Positions 38,355 to 48,382 are shown, counted from the first letter of the stretch. The stretch: 64,000 nt of DNA from Myxococcales bacterium (GCA_047601445.1 JASGJH010000001.1:6048001-6112000), one strand, 5' to 3'. The notes: generated by a model not told the origin, from the letters alone. Numbers and translations are program-made.

Positions 38355-38531
38355 ATGCTTCGCTACGCCGTGATTTTCTTCATCGCAGCCCTGGTCGCTG
38401 CCTTCTTCGGGTTCGGCGGTATCGCCTCGGGTGCCGCGTCCATCGGCAAGCTGTTCTTCATCGGCTTTCTGATTTTGGCTGTGATCAGCGGCGTGGGACA
38501 CCTCGTGGGTGGCTCACGACGGCTTCCATGA
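38355..38531 (+). CDS. DUF1328 (UPF0391) small membrane protein, 58 aa
   Basis: Manual translation MLRYAVIFFIAALVAAFFGFGGIASGAASIGKLFFIGFLILAVISGVGHLVGGSRRLP; AGGAGG RBS; below the ORF-track cutoff. Confidence 0.9.
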   Translation: MLRYAVIFFIAALVAAFFGFGGIASGAASIGKLFFIGFLILAVISGVGHLVGGSRRLP

Positions 38532-38709
38532 GCGGCTCGCTAGGCCCTGTCCGATGCTCGCACGGCCAGGAAAAACCGGCCGGCGACATCGCGACAGAGC
38601 GCTTTCGCTTGATGCGGGACCACGCGCGTGCGCGTCTGCGTGCTCTTGGCGAGCTCGCGCGTGCGCGCTTGCGCGCCCATGGCCTGATGCTGCGTTGGTC
38701 CGGGATTCC

Positions 38710-38725
38710 TGGCATAGCCGGTGCT
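38710..38725 (+). promoter_or_regulatory. Putative sigma54 promoter
   Basis: TGGCAT-AGCCG-GTGCT, GG-N10-GC spacing, ~75 bp upstream of the 38800 ORF. Confidence 0.45.
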
Positions 38726-38799
38726 CCCCTCCAGCTACCGAACCAACATGAACTCAGCGCGGGCTGAAGAAGCCGGCGACGTTTCAATCGGAGGCGCCC

Positions 38800-39036
38800 A
38801 TGGAGAGCGTGATCGGACAATACGCGAGCGAGGAAGAGGCAACCCAGGCGGTGCGCGCCCTGGAGCGCGACCACCAGATGTCCATCCAGGACCTGTTCAT
38901 CGCTGACCGCAAGCGAAGGATTTGGCGTCGGTTCACGCCTCCGCAAGGGCGATCGTTTTCCGAGAACGCGAACTTCTTGGTGGTGATGAGAGGTGAGGCA
39001 GGCGACATCGAGAAGGCGAGGAAGTTTCTGGATTGA
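38800..39036 (+). CDS. Small protein, 78 aa (resembles general-stress-protein/YflT-type fold)
   Basis: GGAGG RBS; VIGQY.SEEEA..AV..L at the N-terminus and FLVV.RG....IEKA...L at the C-terminus. Confidence 0.6.
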   Translation: MESVIGQYASEEEATQAVRALERDHQMSIQDLFIADRKRRIWRRFTPPQGRSFSENANFLVVMRGEAGDIEKARKFLD

Positions 39037-39045
39037 GGAAGAATG

Positions 39046-39200
39046 GCGGTGACGGGGGCGGTCGCGGCTGAGGCGGGTGACCGCGGCGGGTGACCGCGGC
39101 GGGTGACCGCGGCGGAGGCGGAGGCGGAGGCGGAGGCCGTGGCGGTGGTCGAGGCCGTGGCGGGTGACCGTGCTGGTGGCGGGAAAACCGTGGCGGTGGC
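39046..39200. repeat. Low-complexity G-rich hexamer tract (ggcgga / gtgacc / gcggcg)
   Basis: Tandem gggtgaccgcggc units followed by ggaggc repeats. Confidence 0.7.
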
Positions 39201-39246
39201 TTCACCGTTGTCGCTGTGCCGGGGGATGCGCTAGCGTTGGGGCATC

Positions 39247-39576
39247 GTGAAGATCTCGCGCATAGCGCTCGCCCGCACGTTCCGGGCCTGGTTGGCAGGC
39301 GCGATTCTTTCGCTCACGTTCGTTCCAGCGGTGTCGGCTTGGTCGGAGAGCGGGCCTGCGCCGAGTGCGCAGGTAGCGCGCGCCACCGCAGCCCGTGCAA
39401 AGCTCCCGCGAGCGCAGGGCTCGGAAGAGGTCCGCGCGGTCTGCGCGCTTGCGGAACCTTCGGTCGCATCGGCATGGGCTCCCGCTCCCCTCGTGCACTC
39501 GGTGCCGGCTGCGGCCACGCCGCTGCGTGTACCACGGGTAGCTCGCTACATCAGACACTGCTCGCTGCTCCGGTGA
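39247..39576 (+). CDS. Hypothetical small secreted protein ending YIRHCSLLR
   Basis: Signal-like N-terminus, Ala/Pro-rich middle, distinct C-terminal motif. Confidence 0.4.
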   Translation: MKISRIALARTFRAWLAGAILSLTFVPAVSAWSESGPAPSAQVARATAARAKLPRAQGSEEVRAVCALAEPSVASAWAPAPLVHSVPAAATPLRVPRVARYIRHCSLLR

Positions 39577-39633
39577 AGGGCTGATCGCGTCGCTCGCGAT
39601 CTCGGTTTGCCCTCACTCACAGGAGCTTTTCGC

Positions 39634-39843
39634 ATGCCCTTTCCGCAACGGGCGGCCGCGCGCCGTCCGAGTTTGCTGCGCACCATCGTGCGCGGCTGTT
39701 GGCGTTTGCTTTGGCGAGCCCTGCGCATCCTCGCGCTGGTGATGATCGCCGTGTCACCCAATGCGCCTCCACCGCCGCTGCCGCGTCCGCCGCCTATTGA
39801 AGCGCGGGCAGAGGAGGGGGAGGGGGATGAGGAGGAGCCTTGA
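39634..39843 (+). CDS. Hypothetical small protein (basic N-terminus, hydrophobic helix, poly-Pro, acidic tail)
   Basis: AGGAG RBS before ATG 39634; 69 aa. Confidence 0.5.
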   Translation: MPFPQRAAARRPSLLRTIVRGCWRLLWRALRILALVMIAVSPNAPPPPLPRPPPIEARAEEGEGDEEEP

Positions 39844-39926
39844 GGGCATTCGCTTAGGGCGGCAATGCGTAGAGGAGGTTCCTCAGAAGTACCAGCCGGT
39901 CCATGATTTCGTGCTGCGATAGGACC

Positions 39927-41156
39927 CTAAAACCACGCCGTCCCTCCGATCGTCACCGTATTCTGCGCCCGCCGGTTCGGCACGTACGCGCCGTCCGGCG
40001 TCTCTCCAACCGCTCCACCAAAGTACATGCGCCCGCTTGCCTGATCGTGGCGATACTCGAGTCGGAACGAGATTTGTTCGTGGGGCCGATAGTCGAGGGT
40101 TCCCGTGCCCTCGGCCAGCCAGGTCACGGGCCAGAAGATCGCGCCTGTGCGCACGCCGTCTACGCGCGGAGCGTGCTCATAGAAGGCGTCGCCGCGGGCT
40201 GCCAGGTAGAGCACGGACAGGAGCTTCACTCGGGCGTAGAGAGCTCCGGCGATCCAGCGATCACGGCCGATGCGATTGGGTTCGAAGCCGGAGGTGGCCT
40301 GGCCGATCAGAGACACGCGGTCGGTGATGGTCCAGGTGGCGTGGGCGTCGAACAGGTTGCGCCAGGGTTGGCCTTCGGGACTGCCGTTCGAGCGTTCGAC
40401 GCCGCCGAAGTACAGGAGCTGCGCCGACAGCGTGCGGGATGTGTAGTTGAGCTGTGTCGAGAGCGACTTGCGGAAGTTGTTGTCGACCACGGAGTTGTAG
40501 CCGTTGTAGGCCGCGAGCGTGAACGACCAGGCGTCGGTGAGTGCGTAGGTGGCGCGGGCACCGGTGTGATAGAAGGGAAAGCCGAAGAACAGGTTTGAGC
40601 GGGACCAGTTCCAGTTGTCGCGCACGGCCATGGACTCGGGGCCGATGGGGGACAGGAAGAGTCCGGCAGCGACCTCGAATGCGGGCACGAAGCGGTACCC
40701 GAGGTAGGCCTGTTGTACGTACTTCCAGAGCGCTGCGTTGCTGGCGTTGGCCCCGCTCGAGCCCCGCTTGTCGGGCTCGGACATGTAGTAGGTGGACGGG
40801 GTGTGGCCGACCTGCAGGGTCAGGCGTCCGAAGATGTCGTGATAGTCCCAGAGCGCGTCGAGCGCGACGTTCGAGAGCGTGAAGGTGTCGTGGCGGTTGT
40901 CGAAGCCGCGATAGTTGGTGATGCCGTTGTTGGGGCGGTTGAAATTCCACTGATAGAAAGCCTCGGCGTAGGCCCCGAGGCGGAAGGCAGGAGGCTTGTG
41001 CGCGGGCGCTGCCGCAGGCTCGAGTGCCTGCGAAGGCTCGGGCGCCGATACAGCTGCAGGCGACCGCGCAGGCGCGTCGGCCTCTTGGGCGCGTGCAGAC
41101 GTATGCAAGCAAGCCAAGAAGATCAGGCCGAGTGACCAGCTGCCGAGCGTTCGCAT
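39927..41156 (-). CDS. Putative outer-membrane porin (BBP2/DUF1597-like)
   Basis: Signal peptide; YQWNFN.P, VQQAYLGY, AGLF.SPIG.E, NWNWSRS.LF...PFYHTG.R, NGYN.VVDNN, RLEYRHD; terminal Phe. Confidence 0.8.
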   Translation of the reverse strand: MRTLGSWSLGLIFLACLHTSARAQEADAPARSPAAVSAPEPSQALEPAAAPAHKPPAFRLGAYAEAFYQWNFNRPNNGITNYRGFDNRHDTFTLSNVALDALWDYHDIFGRLTLQVGHTPSTYYMSEPDKRGSSGANASNAALWKYVQQAYLGYRFVPAFEVAAGLFLSPIGPESMAVRDNWNWSRSNLFFGFPFYHTGARATYALTDAWSFTLAAYNGYNSVVDNNFRKSLSTQLNYTSRTLSAQLLYFGGVERSNGSPEGQPWRNLFDAHATWTITDRVSLIGQATSGFEPNRIGRDRWIAGALYARVKLLSVLYLAARGDAFYEHAPRVDGVRTGAIFWPVTWLAEGTGTLDYRPHEQISFRLEYRHDQASGRMYFGGAVGETPDGAYVPNRRAQNTVTIGGTAWF

Positions 41157-41267
41157 ATCCCCGGCCAGTCCTTGTATCTGCTCTGCGCTTGAGCAGCACG
41201 AGAAAACGTGCCCCGCTGGGCTCAAGAATTCATCAAGACGCGACGCGCTTCCTATGAGGGCGGCGCG

Positions 41268-43100
41268 TCAGGTGCGGCCGAGCTGGCTGAGCGCGGTGCG
41301 CAGGCGGTTCTGCAGGGCGGGGTCCGGCTCCGGCAGAAAGCGGGCGGCGTCCAGGGCGAAGCGGAAGAGCAGGGCGGCGTCGTGGTGGTCGAGTCGTCGC
41401 TGCGCGTGGGTCGCTGCCTTGGTCAGCCAGTCGATCGCGACGCGTGGGTTCCCCTCGGGCAACGCCTGGTAGAGGTGATGGGCGAGCTCGCGGATGCCTT
41501 CGGTACCACGCCAGGGCAAGCTCTCTTCGCAGGCAGCGGCGGCCAGCAGATGAAAGCGCTTCTTGGCCTGCATGCTGAGATCGGCGCGCAAAGTGTCGCG
41601 CACGAGGTCGTGGGAGAAGCGATAGGTATCGACGCCCGGCATCGTCACCACGATGCGCTGGGTGGTGGCCGCGTCGAGGGCCGACAACACCTCGGGTCGC
41701 TCCATGCCCGTGACTCGCTCCAGGTTCTTGGCATCCCAGGTCGACGCGAACACCGATGCGGCCTCGAGTACCTGATAGGCACGCTCGCCCAGGCGCGATA
41801 CCCGGCGTCGCAGCACGTTTCGCACCACCTCGGGCGGTTCGAAGCCCTGCATGTCGTCCAGGGCTTGCTCGTCGATGCGCCCGCTGCCATCCGCGTACTC
41901 TGCCAGCGCCTCGGCGAGCTCGCGCAAGAAGAGCGGGTTGCCTCCGGACTTCATGTGCAGCTTCTTGACTTGTTGCTCGCTGAGCGGATGACCGAGCACG
42001 CGCAGCAAGAGGTCGGCGCTCTCGTTCTCGCTCAAACCGCGCACGTAGATGGACTGACAGCTCGGGTTGCGCGCGAGCTCACCCACGTGCTTTTGAACGG
42101 GCTCGAAGACGGTCAGATCGTCGCGTCCGCGCAAGGTGGCGATCACCAGCACCGACAGCTTCTCCAGCTGCGGTGCCAACAAGCGCAGCACGTTCCACGA
42201 CGCCAGATCGGCGCGGTGCATGTCTTCGAGCACCAACACGCGCAGGCGACTGGCACTCGCGTAGGTAAGCAAGCGCTGCGTGGCATCGAGCATGCGGAAG
42301 GTCGCTCGGTCGTGCTCCTCGGCGCCCTCTGCGCTCGGGCCGGCATCCGGCAACAGCCCCTCGGGAGAACTCACTTCGGTGGCCAAACGCAGGAGGGACT
42401 CGAGGTTGCCGCCTAGCCAATCGCGCACCAGGGGTTCGCCCTCCGAGATGATCGCGCAGCGCACCATCTGCTGCCAGATCCACAGCGTGGGCGTGCCCAC
42501 GCCCTCGGGGCACACACCGCGCCAGAGGTCTGCGTTGAAGCGACGCGCGATCTCCGACACGCGGCTCGCCAGGCGCGTCTTGCCCACACCGGCCTCGCCC
42601 GTCAGCAAGCACACTTGACCCTGGCCGAGCTGCGCGTTGTTCATGCTGATGATCAGGCGTTCGAGCAGGCTCACGCGGCCCACGAAAGAGGCATCCTGGG
42701 GCAGCTCGAGCTCACTCGGTGTCGGGGTGATGGCACGCTCGCCCACGCGAGCGACGGCGCGCTCGCTCACGCGCAACATGGGTCCGCTCGGATGGCGCTG
42801 GATCACCGGCATCGCGAGGCGATAGCCGCGTCCGTGGACCGTCTCGATGGGCGTGCGTTCTCCGCGCTTTTGACCGAGCGCCTTGCGTAGCACGTTGATG
42901 TTCGCGGGTAGCACGGCCTCGGTGACGACCTCCTGCGGCCACAGCGAAGCCAACAGCTCCTGTCGGGTCACCACCCGATCGGCGTGCCGCACGAGATAGA
43001 GGAGGACGTCGAAGACCTTGGGCTCGAGGCCGACGATCTCACCGCACCGACGCAGCTGAAAAAGCTGCGGGTCAAGTACGAATTCCCCGAACGCAAACAC
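41268..43100 (-). CDS. OmpR/CadC-type winged-helix regulator fused to AAA ATPase
   Basis: FGEF.LD, LEPKVFDVL.YL, LRKALG, IETVHGRGYR; FVGR, GEAGVGKTRL, LVLEDMH.AD, GGNPLFL.EL, F.HDLVR. Confidence 0.88.
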   Translation of the reverse strand: MFAFGEFVLDPQLFQLRRCGEIVGLEPKVFDVLLYLVRHADRVVTRQELLASLWPQEVVTEAVLPANINVLRKALGQKRGERTPIETVHGRGYRLAMPVIQRHPSGPMLRVSERAVARVGERAITPTPSELELPQDASFVGRVSLLERLIISMNNAQLGQGQVCLLTGEAGVGKTRLASRVSEIARRFNADLWRGVCPEGVGTPTLWIWQQMVRCAIISEGEPLVRDWLGGNLESLLRLATEVSSPEGLLPDAGPSAEGAEEHDRATFRMLDATQRLLTYASASRLRVLVLEDMHRADLASWNVLRLLAPQLEKLSVLVIATLRGRDDLTVFEPVQKHVGELARNPSCQSIYVRGLSENESADLLLRVLGHPLSEQQVKKLHMKSGGNPLFLRELAEALAEYADGSGRIDEQALDDMQGFEPPEVVRNVLRRRVSRLGERAYQVLEAASVFASTWDAKNLERVTGMERPEVLSALDAATTQRIVVTMPGVDTYRFSHDLVRDTLRADLSMQAKKRFHLLAAAACEESLPWRGTEGIRELAHHLYQALPEGNPRVAIDWLTKAATHAQRRLDHHDAALLFRFALDAARFLPEPDPALQNRLRTALSQLGRT

Positions 43101-43146
43101 GCTAGTCCGGAGTCTAAGCGCTTTCGACGAGCAGACGAAGCGCTAC

Positions 43147-45420
43147 TTACAACGGCTTGAGTGACCAGTTGAAACGCACGCGTACCGTCCCAACATCGGG
43201 TTTGATGTCGGAGCGCAAGCGACGCATCACGCCGCTGACGCAGCTCGAGAGTCCAGGCAGGGTCGTCGATTGCACGTTCGCTTCGCGTACCGATCCGGTC
43301 TCGTCGAGCAGCAGTACCACCGACAGCGAGGAGAAGTCGTTGCGTCCCGCCGAGGAGGCCGCTTTCGCGTAGCATTCGCGCACCAGGCTCGTCGAACGCG
43401 AGAGCATGCGCGTGATGACGCCCGTGCCGAGGGAACCATCGGCGCTCAACTCGGCCACGCTCGGTTCGGCACGCAAGGGAAGTTTCACGGGGGGCGCAGG
43501 CGTCGGCTTCGGTGCGCTCGCTGCTGGTGGTGTGGGTTGCGACGGAATCGGTGCGGCGGCGACGTTGATCGGGCGCGTCGTGTCGAGCGTCGGAGCCGGA
43601 GCCGGGGGAGGTGGCGGAGCGGCCGCGGCGACGACGGGTTCGCTCGCGTCATGCGCGACGTGTGAGGGAATCGGGACGGGCTCGCTCGGCGCGGGCTCGG
43701 TGTGCGCGTGGTTGGTCGCGGCGGGCGCAGTCTGTCGGTAGTTCACCCCGAAGCGACCGCGTCCAGAGCGCGTCTCGAAGCCCATGCTGCGCGCGGGCGG
43801 CGCGCTCGGTGTAGCTGGCTCCGATTCGGAGCTATTCCCGGCACCGGGCAGCGCACGCTCGTCCGCTTGCTGGCTGGTGCGCTCGGTGTGGGCCGGAGCC
43901 CGCGCGTGGGCGGGTCTCACCGGCTCGATCGGTGTCGGGGCAACGGGAGGCGCAGCGGCCTGACGCGCGGAGGCCCCGGCGAGCAACGCGGGATCGCCGG
44001 CGCTCGGTGGCGGCGCGTCGACATGAGTCAGACGCAGGCTCACGAATAGCGCGCAGGCGACCAGGGTTCCCACCGCAAGACCGTACTTCTGGCGGTCCAA
44101 TATTTGCGCATAGTGCTGCCATCCTGCGCCCCCTCCGCTGCGGGTGGGCTGCGCCTCCTGGGGGTGCCCCGACGCTGCCATCGTGTCGAGACCGGGTGCC
44201 CCACTGCGCGCGCTCGCCAAAGGTGCCGAGGACGCCCCGGCCGGTGCACCGGATGGCAGCTCCTGCGCGCGCACGCGGGCTCCGGAGTGGGTCGGTACGC
44301 GCGGAAAGCTCGCCGTGCCCTCGGTCCCACCGTCGTCGCCGCTGCGCTGCAGGGCCAGGTTGGCCAGGCGACGCTTGCAGGTGATCTCGTCAGCGAACAG
44401 CTCGCTCATCCACAGCTCGAGCTCGAGCGGACCGAAGGCCAGGTGATTCATGCGACAGAAGCTCATCAGGTCGCGTCCCAGCTCCCGTGCGGTCGGATAG
44501 CGTTCGTCGAGCTCGCGTGCGAGGGCGCGCATCACGATCTCGTCGAGCTCGGCGGGCAAGCGCGGGTCGACCTGACTCGGCGGGCGAATCGGATCCACCA
44601 TCACGCTCATCAGCGTGTCGGCCTGGGTGGGGCGCTGAAACAGGCGCTCCTGGGTGAGGCCTTCCCATAGACACACGCCCAGTGACCACACGTCCGCGCG
44701 CCGATCGATCTCGGACTGACGCACCTGCTCCGGCGCCATGTACGCGAACTTGCCCTTGATCACGCCGGTCGCCGTGTGCTGCAAGCGATTGGCTGCGCGC
44801 GCGATGCCGAAGTCCACCACGCTGACGTTGCCGTCGTAGGTCACGAACAGGTTGTGGGGAGACACGTCGCGGTGCACCACTTGCAAGGCTTGCCCGTCGA
44901 GACCGAGTGTCTCGTGGGCCGCGTGCAGGCCCTCGCAGGCATCCGCGATCACCTGGCTCACGTATCCCAGATGGTCGGTGCGCGGCCGTCCCTGCTTGGC
45001 CAGGCTCTTGAGGCGCATGTTGATCTCGCGCAGGGTTTGCCCAGCGAGATACTCCATGGCGATGAAGTACGAGCCGTCGCACTCGCCGAAGTCGAACACG
45101 CTGCACACGTTGCGATGACAGATCGACGACGCAATGCGCGCCTCGTCGAGGAACATGCCCACGAAGGAGTCCTCGAGCGCGAGGTTCGGGTGGATGACCT
45201 TGAGCGCTACCAGCTTGTCGAGTCCATCGACCACCGCGAGGTAGAGCTTGGCCATGCCACCCGAGGCGATTTCACGCACGATGCGGTAGCGCCCGAGGCG
45301 TGGGGGAATCGGCCCGGTGAGCAGCGGTGGCGAAGGCGCCCGCTCGTCCTGACCGTCCTGGGGAGAGCCTTGACGCTCGTCAGGAGCGCGCAGCTCGCGA
45401 CTATCGGCATTGCCCATCAC
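43147..45420 (-). CDS. Membrane-anchored Ser/Thr protein kinase with C-terminal AgmX/TonB-C-like domain
   Basis: IASGGMA, VALK, F.DEARIA, VHRDVSPHN, DFGIA, GK..YMAPE, DVWSLG; TM helix; C-terminal ECY...SCV pair. Confidence 0.92.
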   Translation of the reverse strand: MMGNADSRELRAPDERQGSPQDGQDERAPSPPLLTGPIPPRLGRYRIVREIASGGMAKLYLAVVDGLDKLVALKVIHPNLALEDSFVGMFLDEARIASSICHRNVCSVFDFGECDGSYFIAMEYLAGQTLREINMRLKSLAKQGRPRTDHLGYVSQVIADACEGLHAAHETLGLDGQALQVVHRDVSPHNLFVTYDGNVSVVDFGIARAANRLQHTATGVIKGKFAYMAPEQVRQSEIDRRADVWSLGVCLWEGLTQERLFQRPTQADTLMSVMVDPIRPPSQVDPRLPAELDEIVMRALARELDERYPTARELGRDLMSFCRMNHLAFGPLELELWMSELFADEITCKRRLANLALQRSGDDGGTEGTASFPRVPTHSGARVRAQELPSGAPAGASSAPLASARSGAPGLDTMAASGHPQEAQPTRSGGGAGWQHYAQILDRQKYGLAVGTLVACALFVSLRLTHVDAPPPSAGDPALLAGASARQAAAPPVAPTPIEPVRPAHARAPAHTERTSQQADERALPGAGNSSESEPATPSAPPARSMGFETRSGRGRFGVNYRQTAPAATNHAHTEPAPSEPVPIPSHVAHDASEPVVAAAAPPPPPAPAPTLDTTRPINVAAAPIPSQPTPPAASAPKPTPAPPVKLPLRAEPSVAELSADGSLGTGVITRMLSRSTSLVRECYAKAASSAGRNDFSSLSVVLLLDETGSVREANVQSTTLPGLSSCVSGVMRRLRSDIKPDVGTVRVRFNWSLKPL

Positions 45421-45431
45421 TCACCTCCCCT

Positions 45432-46601
45432 TCACAGCACCGCCACCACCCCGAGGGTGGCGGCGATCTCGTTCGAGAAATCACTGAAGTCGTAGTACTC
45501 GCCCGCCAGTTTCAGACGCACGCCATGCCCGAGCGTGAGGTCGAGCCCCAGCGTGTAGCGCAGCACCGCGCTGACCTTGCGCAGTGGGCTCGTCACCGGC
45601 ACGTTGCCCAGTCGCCGCAGACCGTCGAAGCGTCCCACCAGCTCGAGCCGCTTGAACAGCGGGATCAAGCCCTCCACGTAGAAGCCGTCCTTGACCATGT
45701 AACGGGCGTACTTGCCGTTCTTGCCCGGGCCGTACTTGAAGCGCGTGTCCGGGTCCTCTCCCAGGCTCATCTCGGTGCGCCGCACGAGGTACTCGCCGCG
45801 CAGCTGGAAGGAACCCAGGCGTGCATAGAAGTCGACGCCTCCCAGCTCGTACATCAGCTTGTGATCGGGATCGTAGAAGCCGTACATCCCCGAGGCCCCC
45901 AACGTGAACGAAGCCTCCGAGCCCAGGTCCAGCGTGCCCGCCACACGCCCGCCGTAGGTGGGTCGCGAGTTGTTGTCGATCACGTAGAAGCTCGAGCCGC
46001 GCGACTGTGTGAAGTCGATGTCGAAGCCCTCGTTGTCGCCGCGTAGCCCGCCCACCGCGTAGGCCGCGTAGTCGAGCTGGAACGAGAGCCCGAACCAGTG
46101 CGTTCCCGAGACCTCGATGCCGTTGTCGACATAGGGAGCGGGGAGCACACCCATATTCCACTCGCGCAGGCGGATCATGCGGCCCATGTCGTAGGGCAAG
46201 GGCTTGTCCACAGTGCGGTGGTTGGCCGGGTCGTGGCGCAGGGGGAACTCGCCGAACGCGGGCGTGAAGCGCCCCACGCGGAAGCGCAGCTCGTCGCTCA
46301 CGCTGAGATCGATGTACGCCATGCCCAGCTCGAAGCCATGGCAGCCGTAACACAGCTTCACGTTGGTGGAGACGTGCTCGTTGAAGTCCACCGCCAGCTT
46401 GAGGCTCAGCTCGGTGGTGAAGCCATCGAGTGCGCGCTTGCGCGCTTCGATGCTGGGATCGTTGACGTACAGGTAGCCGGCCTGGATCGAGCCGGCGAAG
46501 TTGCGATCCTGCCCCCGCGCCCGCGGCAACAGCAGGGCGAGTAGTGCCACGCTCAGGAGGCCCGCCACCACACCGAGTAAGCCGCGCTGTTCATGCTTCA
46601 C
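45432..46601 (-). CDS. Putative outer-membrane beta-barrel protein containing a CxxCH motif
   Basis: Signal peptide; porin-like strands (FRVGRF.PAFG, YGGRV, LRGEY); KLCYGCHG; GTGA overlap with the upstream gene. Confidence 0.7.
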   Translation of the reverse strand: MKHEQRGLLGVVAGLLSVALLALLLPRARGQDRNFAGSIQAGYLYVNDPSIEARKRALDGFTTELSLKLAVDFNEHVSTNVKLCYGCHGFELGMAYIDLSVSDELRFRVGRFTPAFGEFPLRHDPANHRTVDKPLPYDMGRMIRLREWNMGVLPAPYVDNGIEVSGTHWFGLSFQLDYAAYAVGGLRGDNEGFDIDFTQSRGSSFYVIDNNSRPTYGGRVAGTLDLGSEASFTLGASGMYGFYDPDHKLMYELGGVDFYARLGSFQLRGEYLVRRTEMSLGEDPDTRFKYGPGKNGKYARYMVKDGFYVEGLIPLFKRLELVGRFDGLRRLGNVPVTSPLRKVSAVLRYTLGLDLTLGHGVRLKLAGEYYDFSDFSNEIAATLGVVAVL

Positions 46602-47005
46602 GGCTTCGCCTCCTTGATTGCCTGTTCGACTGCCTGCTTGCGCTCGCTCTCAGCCTGTTCGCGCTCGTTCTCGGCCTGCTCGGCGCGCACGCGCTCCTGG
46701 GTATGCCAGTGCAAAAAGCGCAAGATGCTCGGCGCTTCGGCGGGGCTGATGCCGCTACCCGGCGTGCGCGCCATGCGCGCGACGTAGCGGTTCCAGTGCT
46801 CCACCCGCGTGATCGGAGCGTTGAGCGCGCGCGCCAGCTGGTGGCACTTGCTGCAGTTCACCGCGAAGCACTCGAAGTCCAGCTTGAGCTCGGGCGGGAT
46901 CTTGGTCTGCTCGAGGTACACGCTGGCCTGCTGCGCGGGCGTGGTGCAGCCCACGCAAGACAGACACAGGCCCAACAGGAGAGGGGCGAGGGGCTCAATT
47001 GTCAC
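46598..47005 (-). CDS. Lipoprotein monoheme cytochrome c
   Basis: Lipobox-like CVGC; NCSKCH; W..YV.RM distal Met; overlaps both neighbours. Confidence 0.75.
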   Translation of the reverse strand: MTIEPLAPLLLGLCLSCVGCTTPAQQASVYLEQTKIPPELKLDFECFAVNCSKCHQLARALNAPITRVEHWNRYVARMARTPGSGISPAEAPSILRFLHWHTQERVRAEQAENEREQAESERKQAVEQAIKEAKP

Positions 47006-47441
47006 GGGCGCCCTCCGCGATCCAGTCGTGGAGCAGGTCGCGCTCCTCGCGCGACAGATACGGTCCGAAGGTCGGCATGCGCACGCCGAAGGGCGGGGAT
47101 TCGCTGACCTTCTGCACGATGATGCTGTCGCAGGGCATCTTCGGGACCACGATCTTGTCGCCGGAGTTGGCCCCGCCGCGGCGCACCTTGGCGTAGTTCT
47201 CGACGCTGAAGCCCACCAGGTCGATGGCCGAGCCGCCCTTCCTGGGGTCGTGGCAGCTGCAGTTCATCTCGAGAATCGGCGCGATATCGGCTTCGAAGGA
47301 GATCTCTTCGTCGGGGTGCTTGTCGTCGTTCTTGCACACGCCGGCGGTCAACTCGCCCACGTCGGGCTCGTAGCTGTCGAGGCAGCCCGCGAGCCCTCCC
47401 GACAGCACCCATGGCAGAAACCAAAGCGCGCCACGTTTCAT
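46995..47441 (-). CDS. Lipoprotein, Planctomycete-type cytochrome c-like domain with contracted CxCH motif
   Basis: LAGC; ISF..DI.PIL..NCSCH, GG..SG..IV, RMP, WIAEGA. Confidence 0.7.
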   Translation of the reverse strand: MKRGALWFLPWVLSGGLAGCLDSYEPDVGELTAGVCKNDDKHPDEEISFEADIAPILEMNCSCHDPRKGGSAIDLVGFSVENYAKVRRGGANSGDKIVVPKMPCDSIIVQKVSESPPFGVRMPTFGPYLSREERDLLHDWIAEGARDN

Positions 47442-48382
47442 GGCACCTCCACGCTGGGCAGCTGCTGCGGCCGGTTGACCGTGTTTCCGCTGGCCTTGGC
47501 GCTCACCACTTCCGGCGCGGCGGGCTTCGGCGTGCCCTTGTCATCCAGCGTCACCAGCGCGCTCTCGCGGTCGAACAGCGTGAGGTCGGTGCCCGCCTTC
47601 ATGGTCACGGCGATGACCTTCCACGCCGGCGCGTAGCTCGGGTTGCGTTGACCGTCTGCTCCGATCAACGCCTGCGCGAACACCACGCGCTCGATCTTCA
47701 TGCTGCCCTCGAACGAGAGCTCGTACACGTTCTTGGCGGCGATGCGCTTGTCCACGAATGGGAAGCGCCCTTCTTGCGGCTCCGACGACACGCAGTCGAA
47801 CAGCAGGTCATCCACGTAGACTTGACGGCCGCTCAAGCCAGGGCCGGGCATCTCGCCCAGGGCCACCATGTGCACGTCGAGCCACTCGGTGGGGTCGTTG
47901 GGTTCGCGCACCAAGCCCAGGTCGATGGCATCGCTCAGCGCCGCAGTCGACGCGATGATCTCGCCAGCATAGTCATCGGTCACGCACACCGCGTACAGCG
48001 CGCGGAAGGGGGTGTAGTCGGGGGCGCCCGGGATCGCGTCGGAAAGCCACGGGTGATCGAGGGCTCCACCGGGCAATGGTGCGCGATGCTCCCCACAGCG
48101 CGTGAGGAAGTACGTGGGTGCGATCGTGCCCTTGGCGACGCCGAGATCCCAGTACTTCACGCCCTGGCCATCCGCGAAGCCCGACTTGAGCGGGATCGGG
48201 CCCGCTTCGAGCCCGTCGTTCATGTCGACTTTGTGATTGGCTTCGTAGTCGTCGCGCGCAGCTTGCACGCGCGCGTCCGGTGGCAGGACGTAGCGACTGT
48301 AACCCGGCTTGTCACTCGCCAGAGGTCCGAGGCAACCACCAAGCGCACCAAGGCAAAAGAGGTGCGTCACGCAACGCTGCAT
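47438..48382 (-). CDS. Hypothetical lipoprotein (first gene of the cytochrome/porin operon)
   Basis: LGGC lipobox; GF.DG..V.YWDLG, IPG.PDY.PF, Y.P.W, VNRP; ATGA overlap with the next gene. Confidence 0.7.
   Translation of the reverse strand: MQRCVTHLFCLGALGGCLGPLASDKPGYSRYVLPPDARVQAARDDYEANHKVDMNDGLEAGPIPLKSGFADGQGVKYWDLGVAKGTIAPTYFLTRCGEHRAPLPGGALDHPWLSDAIPGAPDYTPFRALYAVCVTDDYAGEIIASTAALSDAIDLGLVREPNDPTEWLDVHMVALGEMPGPGLSGRQVYVDDLLFDCVSSEPQEGRFPFVDKRIAAKNVYELSFEGSMKIERVVFAQALIGADGQRNPSYAPAWKVIAVTMKAGTDLTLFDRESALVTLDDKGTPKPAAPEVVSAKASGNTVNRPQQLPSVEVP

Noticed and set aside
38528..38767. 79-aa ORF overlapping the DUF1328 stop
   Set aside because: Arg-rich with no recognisable motif, and it spans a likely promoter; coding status is unsupported.
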